Shown here piece by piece: positions 40,444 through 52,858 of a stretch of DNA of 64,000 bases (the stretch's first letter is position 1; each line of letters starts with the position of its first letter). A program made the position numbers and the translations under genes. The notes beneath the pieces are model-generated. The model worked only from the letters and a program-made list of their open reading frames with translations, was not told the DNA's origin and made no database searches. The DNA comes from Amoebophrya sp. A120 (Eukaryota > Protista > Dinoflagellata): positions 10,720,311 to 10,784,310 of the forward strand of contig CAJINV010000001.1 in the NCBI GenBank assembly GCA_905178155.1, written 5' to 3'.

Positions 40444-43400
40444 ATGGCGTTCTCTGTCCCGAAGCCGGGACCCGGCTCGCCGAAAGCGGCCGAGCGTATG
40501 CTCCGCGATGCGAACGACAAGACCCTCACGCCTGCCAGGAGGGCGAAGCTCATATCACTACAGAAAAGAGAGGAGATGAAAGACGTTTTGATCAAGAAGT
40601 TCACGGAGAGGTATCGTGATTTCTGTCTTCTATGCATATTCGATGTCTACTTGTTCGAGATCGAAAGGAACCCACTGGACCGATGCACATGATTTGCAGA
40701 AACAAAAAACGCTAATCCTCACACCGTAATGAAAATACACAGAGTAAACGGCGATGGGGTTTCAGCAGACAAGAAGAAGGCTAACGAGGCCGCGATAGAA
40801 GCCGAAGTGGGAAACTTCCTCGGAACGGGGGCAATTACGGAGCAGAACCTGAAAAGGCTCGAGAAGAAAATCCATAGCAAAACAGGTATGATTTCTTGCG
40901 TGTTTCTTGTGCGCTTTGAACTTTTTGAGAATCAAGCGAGTTTTTTTAGTTCATGACTTAGGCGCACGACTTAAGCGCACTACCTAAGCGCACTACTTAA
41001 GCGCACTACTTAAGCGCACGACTTTAGCAGACGCCTTGAGCGTACGACTGGAGCGTACAACATTATAAGCGCACGACTTTAGCGTACTACTTAAGCGCAC
41101 GGCTTTAGCGTACGACTTAAGCGAGCGACTTAAGCGCACGACTTTAGGAGCGCACGACTTTAGGAGCGCACGACTTAAGCGCACGCCTTACTCTGACAAC
41201 AAAAACATCTACCCAGGCACACTTGAGGGCGACAACGTATCCGTGTCCAACTACTCCGTCGCGCAAAGCTTGCAATCACACCGCTCTATGGGCAGTGCAG
41301 CAATCGGTGCAAATTTGAAGCGGGACTGGAAGCTACTGGACGAGTATGCAGTTATGCTCCATGAGCAGGACGCGCAGAAGTTCAAGAACAGTACTGATGT
41401 CGTTTCTAGTTCTTTGCAGATTTTTGACGGTGCCAGATCAAGAAAAAGTTTTGTTTTGGTTTCCTACACATCACTCGCCTTCCGGTCCGCTACACGAAAT
41501 GAAAACTTTTGCAAGCGCAACATCATCAACAAACCTTGCACCAAACAGAGCAAAAATCCGTCCAAGAGAAGCTCTACCGGGACCTTACCGCGCAAATAGA
41601 CGCCGCGAAGAACAAGGACGACTACAAGAAGGCAGAAGACAAGAAGTACTTTGAGGAGGGCCTGAAGGAGTTGGAGCTCTGGCGCGTCGCGGAAGCAGAA
41701 AAGCTCGCGGAGCAAAAGAGAAAAAACATGATCGAGAAGCAGATGCGAGACGAGCAAATACAAATGAACATCAAAGTGCAAGAGGACGAGAAGTATCGAA
41801 ACTACTTTTTCCGTGCGGGCAAATACAAATGAACATCAATGACTTTTTTGTTTCTGAAGTGGTCCTTCATTGTGTTATTCCACCTAAATGAGCGGAAAGT
41901 TCTTTCAACTGCATCAAGTACAGGCTATGATAATTTCAGCAAAAAAGCATGCTGACCCCACATCGACCACAGGGCTGCAAAGGAGAAGCAGGAAAAGGAG
42001 CTGGTGGTGCGAATCCAGAGGGAGCTGGAGGAAGAAGCGAAGAAGCAAGCGAAGAAAATAGAAGTACAGTTTTTTGCTTATCATTTGTATCATAGTTGTC
42101 TGTCATGCACATCTGCATGCTCAGAATGTTTCTCATGCGGAGCTCCATGACAAGCATTCTCCAGTCGTGCTTTGGAATTTGTAATGCTCCAAGCAGCATA
42201 ATAGGCTAGATCTGTGATGCTGCTGAACAAGCTTGGAAAATGAATATCACAGCAAAACAAAGCCAACATGGCGAAAGTTTTCAAGGAGAACCAGGAGAAC
42301 AAGGCCAAGAAGGTATTACAATGAAAAATGCCCCCACGACCCCAGAACTTAGCAGCATTTGCATTGCAAACCTTTCCAGTAGAAACACTCCCCGTCTTGC
42401 ATATATCAGCAACACAAATTTTATTTTCCATGCTGAATAGCTGAAATCTGTGTTGCAAAGGAGCCCAACAGTAGCCGGATCTGTCATGCAAAAGATACCT
42501 TGCGGAGTCTAGGTTCTGCATCAGAAAGACTCGCAGTCCTTTCATGCAAGACAAAAAGCTGTCATTTGGAAACTTTGCATGAGAAACTTTTTGCAAATTT
42601 CGGGGTGGGGGCATTTTTCATTGTAATAGAAGGAGGCGGAGCTGAAGGAACAGGCGGACGCAGACATGAAGCAGATGAAAGAATACGCAAAGTTACTGGA
42701 GCGCCAAGAAGCAGCCCGAAAAGAGGAACAGCAGGCGCGGGCGGACAGACAAAAGAGCCTCATGGACAAGGTGCGTTGCTTGATTACGTGACTTTGCATG
42801 TCATTTTTGTACTATCCTAGCATGTTGCAGATTCCATATTTGTCCTCTCTTACGTTTACGGCGCAACTCAATCATCTTACTTCCATAAGCTCGGATTTTA
42901 TTTTTGGTGATTATTCAAGAAGCGTAACTTTTTACCCTCATAACAACAGATGAAGAACACCGTCATGGCGCAGGCGGCCGCCAAGGGGCAAGAGGACGAA
43001 ATTCGGGCCGCAAAGCAGAAGGAGGAGGCTGACTTGCGAGCGGTATCTATTTTTGTTGCTCTTGCGAATATTGTTCGTCGTAGAATACGACGGAAAATCA
43101 TAAGTAGTACTGTGGAATAGAATAAGCAATACTGTTGATCGGCACCCTAAAACAGCTCGAGATGGCCGTCAACAAGCAGATGAAATTAGAAGCAATGCGG
43201 GCGGAAACGAGGGATTACCTGCTGAAGCAGATGCAGATAAAGAACGAAAGAAAACAGCAATCCTTGGAGCTGAAAAAGCTGCAGGTATACTTATTCAGCG
43301 TCTTGTGCTGTTTGACTCTAGTTGTACTATGGCGGCTTTGATATTTCTAGTCGCTGACCGCACTGTCTGTATCGCAAAGGCGCAATGCGAATGCCACACG

Positions 43401-44002
43401 ACTCCGTGTTTCGAATGGATTCTCAGGCCGGGGTTCTGGATGAGGACCGGGCGCAGTACGAAGCGCAGGAGGCGAAGAAGGTGCAGGCTTTGAAGCTGAA
43501 GGCCTACGAGCATCAGAAAGAGCTGCAGAAGCAGATCTTGGAGAAGGAAGCCCGACCCAAAGACGTGGCAATGTCGGCCGAGGAAGAGAAAATGAACAAG
43601 GACCTGCTGGACCATGTCTGCACGGTATCAAAATGAAAAATCCCCCCTCCCCATATCAAAACGGAACTTTGTGATGCTGATTTGTGGTCACAAGTCGTCT
43701 TTGTCTTGTATATAGGACGATCATAGGAGCCATTTGACGCATTCCAGAGCAAGTCTGTCATGCGCTTTCGACTACTGCAAGCCTGTTTGTCATGCGCAAT
43801 TGCTAGCCTTCTGCATTATACCCAAACAGGCTGAGAAAATGCCGCCAAGCACTCTCTGCAAGACAGATCTGATTTGTGTACGCAAATCCAGCTTCAGAAA
43901 CTTCGCTTCGATATGGGGAGGGGGGATTTTTCGTCTCAATACACGGAGCTCGAGAAGGCCCGCTCTGCGGTCGGAGGGATGAGCCCGACCTCTGCGAAAT
44001 AA
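40444..44002 (+). CDS. Long coiled-coil protein (trichohyalin-plectin-homology/axonemal CFAP-like), about 11 exons
   Basis: E/K/Q/R-rich exons join in frame through GT-AG introns and two TIR insertions. C-terminal MSAEEEKMNKDLL. The family assignment is inferred from composition. Confidence 0.72.
40955..41190. repeat. Intronic minisatellite, 13-bp unit GACTTAAGCGCAC, about 17 degenerate copies
   Basis: Read directly; lies inside the GT-AG intron at ~40886-41216. Confidence 0.9.
42091..42235 (+). mobile_element. TIR-less relic of a family B introner inside the canonical GT-AG intron 42064-42252
   Basis: CATAGTTG..CTCAGAATGTTTCTCATGCGGAGCTCCATGA..TTTGGAATTTGTAATGCTCCAAGCAGCAT..GATCTGTGATGCTGCTGAAC aligns with the interior of 46997-47286 and with the reverse complement of 47384-47669. 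Confidence 0.8.
42314..42628. mobile_element. TIR intron/introner, family C, opposite orientation to the 37840 copy
   Basis: TIR TATTACAATGAAAAATGCCCCCAC. Exact TSD GAAGG at 42309-42313 and 42629-42633, which yields AAG|GT...AG|GAG. Confidence 0.93.
43626..43941. mobile_element. TIR intron/introner, family D (GAAAAATCCCCCCTCCCCATATC)
   Basis: Exact TSD CACGG at 43621-43625 and 43942-43946. Removal gives HVCT-ELEKARS. Best register is GT..CG. Confidence 0.92.
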
Positions 44003-45590
44003 GGAAAGCTTTGCGGAACAAAGGTTTGGATTTATCTTCGACGGTTGTGGTTTCGGAGAAATTTTTATGCGGAACAATTTCTCCAAATAACCAGAACCAG
44101 CTCCAAAAAATGCAGGACAACGAAAATGCAACCGCTCGGTCTTTGTATTTAAGAATCAGAAAAACTAAAACCGCACGTAATCCACTTCTATACCTGATCG
44201 TGGTCTTTTGGGACTCGTGTTGGGTCGGTTGTCGGCAAGACGTTCGACAGAATTCTATGTTCTTGCAAGTTTGAATAGGATGTTACAGTTTGTTAGCAGC
44301 GCATTTGAATAGTTTGTTAATCGAAACATCTTCAGACAAATTTTATGGTTCAGAGTAACAGTTTGAAAGCAGTGCAGAGACAGTTTGGAATCGTTCTAGA
44401 TCTTATCACTTCAGACACAGTTTAATAACCCTCCGTCCCCGAGCGGCAGCCGTATGGTGGACGGTTGGTCCTGAAGAAGAAAAGTACTGCTTGCGTAGCA
44501 GTATCCCATGCTACAGTGTGTGGTGCGTCTTATTTTTAGGTGAAGCAGGACTTGAAACACGTGACAGTATTAGAAATCGCACAGAGTATGATCGAAAACG
44601 GCAAGCAGACTACCAGTAAAAAGTAGAATACAGCAATCGCCCGGTGCACGTAGAATGAACTTCAATCAGATTATGCTTATTGTTAATGCGCAGATGTTGA
44701 ATACAGTTCGCGTTCGCGATAAATCACACCCCGTAGCAGCGCGGTCGAAGTGATGGACACTCCTCACATGCACTTATAGGATCAAGTGTTAGCAAGCAAC
44801 AGTAAAAATGGAGCGACAGAGAGCACAAGAATCGTTTCGCAAAAGTCTTCTGCCAAGCAAGCAGGTTTGTTTGCGTATGCATGCAGAGACGCAGGAAAGT
44901 AAAAATAGATAAAGAGCAGCACAGCGGGAGTGATTGAGAGAGTGAACGAGCGACTCAAGTTCTCAAGGTTTTTTCGTTAGGCTCTCCGCTGACAAGTTTT
45001 TTCGTCGAGTTGATTCTGCAAATCCAGGACTTCAAACACCAACACTCATTCAATCCTACAAACTTTTTTCGCGCTTTTTTGTTGCACGATTTTTTTCGTT
45101 TGTTTTCTCAACGACGAACTGTGTCGAGCGAGTGCTGCAAAGCAAGCTCATTCGATGATTTTCGCAGTGCGAGTCTTTCTGATTATGTTTGGTTTAGCAG
45201 CAATGGCTATCACCACGTACTTTCTAGTCAAGTGGACAGCAACATTTTGTCGTAACTTGCTCATCTTCCGAGACCCACCAAACGGATAAACACCTATACC
45301 TTTGAAGTTGACTTCACATCTATTTCGTTTCCGATAGGACGTATTTACATTTACGAGTTTTTTTCTGTCCCGCGGTACATTGTGTAACAAAAAGAGTTCC
45401 CTCAACGTTGTCTAATATTGCATGTAACCAAAGTAGAAGCATCGCTTACGATTGTGCATCTATTTGTGTGATTCCTTTTGTGTAAGAGAAACATATTTTC
45501 GGCATTGCCCCATCATATTCAACTGTCTCGTGGTTTTTTCGTTGCTGTTTGTAGTACGCATATTCTATCTGATTCTGTTTCTTTGACCCG

Positions 45591-48004
45591 ATGTGGCTTC
45601 TTTCTTCTTCCAAGAAACCTTACACGTCGAGCGTGAGTCCCGACGGCACTACAGGAGGGACCGGGAGTGAGAGAAGTAACAAGGGGCAAACAACTGAGCT
45701 GCGCCACCGAGTGACGTCCGGCCAGGGTGGCTCGCTTCGACCGACAGGTGGTACTAGTTTGATGGAGAATTGTGCAATTCCTCCTAGCAGCGCACCAATA
45801 AAAGCTGCAACCAACCAAGCCAAAATGTCAAATATCTTCTCGCAACCCATCAAATCGGGGGCGGAGACGGCGATACAGTTGCTGCAGAAGTTGCACAACC
45901 GACGGCCGGGGGACCGAAATCATGGCGAGCTCGTTTGGGAGGAGTGGACCGGCTGCGGAGTGTGTTGCTCTCCGAAAATGGTGTTCGCGCGATGGAAGAA
46001 GTTGGCCTTCCTCAGGTTCAAGCTGTACTCCTTTTCCTTCAACCTCGTGGGCATACTCGCGGCCGCCTACATGCAGATCGGCAACATTGCCGCGCAGTCC
46101 TACATCGAGTACGCGCGGGAGACGCCGTACCGTTGGAGCCACTTACCGGACGTGTTTTTGGATTTCATCGACAAACCGTCCGTGGACAACTGGAAAACGT
46201 ATTGCGGCGACGCCATGCCGTACTTGACTGTGTTGTTCGGACTTGCTTACTTGTTCCTTGCCGACCTGGCCTGCGATCTCGTCGTGGCGGCGAACGTTTT
46301 TGCGGCTTCCTGGGTTTTTAACGGCATCGCGGAAAACGTCACAATATTACCGTCCTCCTTCGGGTATGAGAGGTGTCTGGACAGAAACGGAATCAATCAC
46401 GGCGACGACCACAAATACCAGTGGAGCAACACGACCGGTATTATGACGGTTTTTATATTTGTTCTTGATACTGTCTGCGCTAAACGATAACGAGGACAAG
46501 TCCCAATAACCCCTAGCAGCCCTCCCCTATGCTAGCAAGATAATGATGATGATCTGGTTGTTCAACGTGTCTGCACCATCGCGATCAGCCTGATTCCCTT
46601 TTACGCTTTGTTTCCGCATGAACATCCGCTCACAGAGTAGACTTTACAGTTGTACTTTTAGACAAATCGCCCAAACTACTTTTCGTTTCGCAGGATCTTG
46701 TGCCGCGATGATGTGGAGCGGGCACACGTTCGTGACTTACCTGGCTTGTTGGGGCCTCTTGCAGGGATTCCGGACGCACTTTCCGGCCTACTGGACGGGG
46801 CGACCGTTTGACAGTAGCAGTTCTGCTTCAACAACAACAACCGACGACGGCTCCGCGGGTCAAGCAAACCAGGACCCAAAATCGCCCGCGTCGACGGTGC
46901 AGCCAAAACTTTACGCTAGCGGGTCGAAGAAAGAATTGCTCCGGAACATCTTCGTGCCGACCCGGTCGCAGATATTTCTGTACACAATGGTGGTGCTATT
47001 CTGAGTAAAAACGTCCCCACCCCAGAGCTGTCATGCAATGTTGCATGCCAAAAAAGTTTCTCATGCGGGGCCCTATGAGAAACATTTTCCATTTGTGTTT
47101 TGGAATTTGTGATGCTAGAATTATCAGCATGATGTGCTAGATCTGTGATGCTTCTGAGCTAGCGAAACAGGATTACACGATTACACTACGGGGACAAGCT
47201 TGTCATGCCAAACAACAAAAGCTGTGTGATTTGTCTAGCAGATTTCCCATCTTGACTCTCGTGTGGGGGCGTTTTTAATCAGGATAGGTTCTGGAAATGT
47301 TTCTGCTGATCATCGACCACAGTCACTACACGGTCGACGTGTACATCGCCCTGATCCTGGCGCAGCTCACTTTGTCCAGCGACTATCCTATGTAAAAACG
47401 CCCCCACCTCATAGTCAAGATGGGGAATCGGCTAGACAAATCCACAAGTTTTGGCTGTTTTGCATGACAGACTTGGACTTGTAGTGTAGTGCTGGTTGAG
47501 GTAGTTCAGCAGCATGAGAATCACAGATTCAGTGTAGCATGCTGATTGGAGCATGAAAAATTTCAAAACTCGAAGAGAAAATGATTCTCACGGGGCTCCG
47601 CATGAGAAACATTCTCAGCGTGCAGATTTGCATTACAACTATGGGGTGGGGATGTTTTTAAATACGATAGCGACCGGCTGAAGTTCTACTTGTACTACTT
47701 GAACCCGTACACCGCCGGTGGCGTCGTCGCCTACGAAAACAACGTCTTCTACCAGAAACTGCTTGCGCGCAAAATCCTGTTCCTGTCGCAGCACGCCGGC
47801 GGACTGGAATCCTGTCACGTTTCGGTGAAGAGGGAAGAGACGGCAAAGGCAAAAGAGGGCAGCGGACAAGAAGTTGGAGCAACTGCCGCAAGAACTGAAC
47901 CGGAAACTGTGGAAGTCGGAGAGGTGGAGATGACGGAGTTGAAGATTGTCTTCGATCCCTGGTCACCTGCTGATCGCGAGATGGCGGACTTTTGGAATAT
48001 GTGA
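45591..48004 (+). CDS. Sphingomyelin synthase/inositol-phosphorylceramide synthase-like (PAP2-type phosphotransferase), 4 exons
   Basis: HLPDVFLD, VTILPS, GSCAAMMWSGHT and HSHYTVDVYIA motifs plus several TM helices. One GT-AG intron and two TIR insertions. The start may instead be ATG 45825. Confidence 0.85.
46497..46553 (+). repeat. Short intronic dispersed repeat (stem-loop plus (GAT)n tail), copy 2
   Basis: CAAGTCCCAATAACCCCTAGCAGCCCTCCCCTATGCTAGCAAGATAATGATGATGAT; stem CTAGCA/TGCTAG. Confidence 0.85.
46997..47286. mobile_element. TIR intron/introner, family B
   Basis: TATTCTGAGTAAAAACGTCCCCAC ... GTGGGGGCGTTTTTAATCAGGATA. TSD GGTGC/GGTTC (1 mismatch). GT-AG compatible. Confidence 0.9.
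47384..47669. mobile_element. TIR intron/introner, family B, inverted relative to 46997
   Basis: Exact TSD GCGAC at 47379-47383 and 47670-47674. Removal gives LSSD-RLKFY. Registers are only CG..AG, GC..TA and other non-canonical pairs. Confidence 0.92.
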
Positions 48005-49148
48005 TCTGCTTTACTTTGCCCCCGCCGACTGCGCTTTTCGGTTCTTTTGGGGCATTGATTTTTCTGCATTGTATCTGTAGATGTTGACCTCGTGGTTCTG
48101 ATTTCTTCGCTTGATGTTGTGAACCTCACTCAACTGATTTTTTTTTTTGGATTTCCACCTCATTGCATGCTTTTAGAAAGTAGATAGTGCTTCCAGCTCG
48201 TTCTTTTATGAACGAAGAACGATCTAAGAGATTACACATGTGTAGCAAAAGCGCTTCAATTGTAGAGCACGCGAAAGATCTAGCATGACCCGAAATGCGG
48301 GCCGTTCTTCGCATCACTGTGATCCGCTGTTCATATGTTTTCACACCGATCCAGTGCTCAATCACTGATAAGTTGGATCCTCCGCAAGGAGAGAAGAGCG
48401 AACTAGACCGCGAAGCAGAGGTTTTCTAACATGAAGCGCATACTTCAGCTGTTTCCCTGATTGTATTTAACGTTCTCTCTTTATCACGTTCTCGCGACAA
48501 CGACGTAGCGTTTTGAAAAATGCGCTGCCATCGTACGTACAGAGTAAGGAGTTACTTCGTGTAGGTGCACACGCAACACGGTCCTCACACGCGGCAGTGG
48601 AGCATCGCGCCGATTCGCTAACACTAATCCCCCCAGGAAGATGAACACGTTTAAAGTGATTGGCGCGTATTAAATCCGTACCTTATGCGAGCTCGCCCTG
48701 TTCCTTTCCATCGATGGCTAGGCTTACGAGTAGGCGACTGTGAGGGCCGTGTTGCCGCGGGAGAGTTGAGGTTGAAGCTGATCTTGAGTAGCTGCATAGG
48801 GTGCGACGATCAGGAATAAGTAAATAATGTTCAGCAAAAATAGCTCCAAAGTTAGATCTTTTCATCACAAAAAAAGTCAAATAAAGTCGCTGTTTAATAC
48901 AAACACTTCGCCTTTTCAGCGCCTAATTCTTTCATTAGCAAGCACAGCTTGTTTACTTTTGCGCAGTCGAGGTAGCATGTCTCTCTTCCGTTTCCTAGTT
49001 TAAGCGTTTTGAAGTAAGAATCAGTTAAGCTCTTTCTAATCCAGCTTTCTCTCTCACTGGTTTTTCTCAGGTAAAATCTGATCTGGTTGTCGGTAAAGGC
49101 AAAGGCAGATAACAACTATCGTAGTATCTTACTCTTAATATCCAGAAC

Positions 49149-49944
49149 ATGGCGTTGCAAACCGTCCACCGAGTACCGGTCAACCGTCCCGAGGACGAGG
49201 GCGATCTCTCGCTGCCGCCGGGTTTCACGTGGGACGCGCCGGAGGTAAAGGAGCTGCTGGCGGAGTCCATCGAAAACATCGCCGATTTGGAGAGAGAGGC
49301 GTCCGAAAACAAAAACTTCTACGAAAAGGGCAACAAGGATCTCGAAATCAGAATAAAGGTAAATGCTTTTTGTGATGATTTTGCAGTGATTGAGTGAAAA
49401 GAGCCTATAGGCTACCTTTGCGGCGTAACTGTTGTAGCGGGTCCATTTTTGAATATAAGACTTTTGATAATTTTTTGCACAGGATGCGCAGAAGGCGACG
49501 GAAAAAAAGAGAAAAGAGGAAGAGGCGGACATGATGTCAAAAATCAGCGCTGAGAAACAAGCGCTGCAAGCAGTTGAGGTATTGTTCTCGCCTTGAGTAT
49601 GAATTTACCATGAGCTTTCGCATTATCTTCGCTATTTTTTCTCAAATATTCACATTCCAGCTCTTCACCGAATCATGTTTAGATTCCCGTCTTATTATTT
49701 TATTTTTCAGGGAAAAATGCAAGGGCACAAGTCCCGACACCAACGAAATATGGCGATGCTCGAGCGGAACTACAAGATGGACTGCGAGGCCCTTGACCGA
49801 GAAACCGCAGAGGGGAAGCAAACACTGCTTGCCAAGCAGGCCGAGCTCGAGCTTGTGAAGAAAGCAAGCAGCAACGCGCAGGATAACGTTGGCGAGAAGA
49901 TGCGAGAGGAAGAAGAAGACGAGGACATTTGGGGAGACGACTAG
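49149..49944 (+). CDS. Small coiled-coil hypothetical protein, 3 exons
   Basis: MALQTVHRVP...EIRIK | DAQKATEKK...QAVE | GKMQGHK...EDIWGDD*, joined by two phase-0 GT-AG introns. Confidence 0.75.
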
Positions 49945-52858
49945 TGCTCCCATGTCTTCTCAACGACCTCCCTGTTTTTGACACGAAAGCGACATACGAG
50001 TGTGTACTATTGATTCAAAAATGTATGAACCAAAAATGCACGAATAAAAGTGATTATCTTGTTCCACAGCGAAAAGCTTGGACTTCGACGCAATCGCCAA
50101 GAAGCGGCCACAGTTTTTGGCGGCCTTTTTTTTTGATGTCACACTCATGATGGCTGACACTTTGTTCCATTTCGCCTTAACACCAACTTTCGCCGCTGTT
50201 TAGGCAATTTATTTCTCGACTGGGTCCACTACAGGTCGAATTTTTAGCCCGCGTTCGTGCTTTTTGACTTCACTTTTCCGAAAAAAGATCCATTTTGAGT
50301 ACGCCAATACCGGCCCCACGCAGCGCGCACCGCTTTTGCATGGAATGGAAAAAGAAAAGCAGCTTGCATTTGCTTTGTTGTGCGGCGTAAGGTTCTTGAA
50401 CCGCTCTGTTGCTGCACAGTGCGCTTAAAATGAAGGCTATGATCCTCTGCTTCCCAGTTTGCAGTTCTCCTTTCATATTCATCGCGATTGCGATTTTTCC
50501 ATGATAAAAAGGCAATATGAACATCGCCGACCGATCTGCGTAGAGGCGCTGTAGTGCGGACGATTCGAGGAGGATATCTATTTCTATTTGAAGCTTATCA
50601 TTTCATCGAGACAGTAGAAGTTCCAAGCGGATAAAGATGACCCCAGAAAAAGCGCTGCAGTGCAACTGCCACACTGCTGGGCGACCGAAGACCCACTTGT
50701 GCTCCAGCCGCGCAAAGATAGTGGCTTCATGCCCACGTCGCGATGAGCAGGACCACGCTAGTCCCACCTAGCAATGCGTCTAAGCAGCAGCTGTGCCATT
50801 TCTCGCTAGTCAAGCACTTCCTACTGCATTTGATTGTCGATGGACTGCATTTGATTGTCGAACCAAAAACAGAATCACAGGCCGTGATGAATACCATCTG
50901 AAGTTGTAGGAGAAATACCTCGCATGAGATACGGACCGGCAGTGATAGGTTTGTCATACCAGGCTACGAGTAAGTATCCGATGAAGATACCTACGGATTT
51001 CTAGTTCTTTCACCGACGGATTATTGAAAAACTTGTCGTGGTGCACGCGCGCAAGCTATCAGAAAAAAAGCCGGTAGAGTCTAAGAGACAGTTGGTCACT
51101 TCAGACGAGTACAACAAGATTCATCAAGATTAATTTTTCACGCGCACGAAGTATAAAAGATAGTAGTGGCAGTGAGAAAGAACAAGAAGCAAAATTCGCG
51201 ATGAGTCCAACCGCGGGAGGACAGAGCATTTCATTACTGCTAGTAGACGTCGAATTGGAATTTTATCAAGGTCGTGCGCTGAGTATAACGCACGCCTTAC
51301 CTTTAAGTGTAAGTAGAAGTACCAGTAGAAGTAATTTCTCCGAAATAGACAACTAGAAGTGGAACTACCTATACCACTTGAAATAGCGTGGACATACCTC
51401 GACAAGAAGTATACTCAGCCAGCAAGGACTGGAATTGTGCCGCTCCGTAGTACTATCTAAACCCATCTAGAAAGTTGTGATCGGCAGGCCGGAATAAATA
51501 GGTCAGCCGTTTGCATTTTACCACTAAGAAATATTTGAATGTGTCTTTGATTTCTCGCATCTCATCTCCACTCTGCTAGGATAGAGCTATATCTTATCAC
51601 TGCATGCAGTGCAAGGTTTTTTGCATAGTACCGCAATAGAGTTTCTACTTGATTGGAAATCTCTTGCAGTTTTTACAAAAAATTGCGTTCTGCCAGTTAA
51701 GAGCATTGATTAGGCTTTAATTTTTTCTTACCAGCATTACAGCGACCATTGGCGGCGATAGAACGGCTGTCTTGATTTTCTCGTAACTCGGGGGGTATCA
51801 GCGAGCCGACGGCTATTGCTGCCCATGGAAGCGTAGTAAAGAGAAGGAGCTTTGTAGCGTGAGCCACATAAACGAACAACCACTCGTGTCCAGATATTAG
51901 ATATTGAAGCGATTTTAATTTTATATAGATTGATAATACTGATCTATCTGGTGTTTTCCCCTCACTGTAACTGGCAGAAGAGACATTCGTACCAGCAGCC
52001 GATTTGGCGAGGACTTGGTGGAGGAGCTGCGAAGGTTCACATCGTTTTTGGGCAGCCAGCATCGGAGCAGGTGAACCAATCGGGACCGCACACACGAGCC
52101 GAAGCCCAGGGCCTCGCATGATTTCCAAGAAATCGATGTCGGTAAAGCTACACCAGTCTCTGATGTTGTGAACGCAGAGCAAAAACTGCCTGTGTCGTGA
52201 ATCGGGAGGTTCCAACGAGAACGCCTCGGCTGAAGTGCGAGGAATCTTCACCTCTTCCGCTGCTGATCACAGCAACGACGGCTGTGCAGCGGGAATACGC
52301 GATGGACCCAACGGGGCTGTACATCACGGAAGTCATCTTCGGTAAGGGAAAGTGATTGCGCCATTTTTTGCCGTACAACGAACCTGATTATCTTGCACCC
52401 CGATCAACAGCGACTCGAAGCACTGGAGCGGCCACCTCGGGAGCGAGAGCAGAAGGAACTACAAATTCGCCGAATAAAAAGTTTTTTTCACACTTCACCC
52501 CTGGTTTGCTGCATATGAGCCCGGTAGAATCATGTCGTCTGTGTTGCAGGTGGCTCTGATGGGTTCTGTGCTAATGCAAGAAGCCGACCCGGCGCAGGCG
52601 TTCTCGCTGAGCCGGTTGCAGGCAGGAAACATGAATCTCGCTGCTTATGCATTTGTCAAATTGTCCCCAACATCTCCCCATACTTGCAACGCAAAAGGCT
52701 AGTTACCGTGCGGCGGGATCATGCCTGATCTATCATGCGCCTCGTGATTTTTAAAGGTCCATAGCTCCATGATTGCCCCGCCCTTGGAGTTTGTTTTTGC
52801 ATCTTGAGAATGTACTGTTTTGTAATGCAAGTCGCAGCTTTGGGTCGTTGGGGAAGAT

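Noticed and set aside
40955-41190. Possible CRISPR array
   Set aside because: Head-to-tail 13-bp units with no unique spacers, inside a eukaryotic intron, and no cas genes.
46540-46595. Box C/D snoRNA (ATGATGA ... CTGA)
   Set aside because: The apparent C box is part of the (GAT)n tail, the second copy has no matching D box, and there is no terminal stem.
50823-50861. Tandem duplication of ACTGCATTTGATTGTCGA
   Set aside because: Two copies only in intergenic DNA; an ordinary slippage duplication.
52250-52400. Peptide PLLITATTAVQREYAMDPTGLYITEVIFGKGK*, loosely like ribosomal uL22
   Set aside because: Short, followed by a stop, and lacking the upstream uL22 motifs. It would need an HMM hit to be credible.
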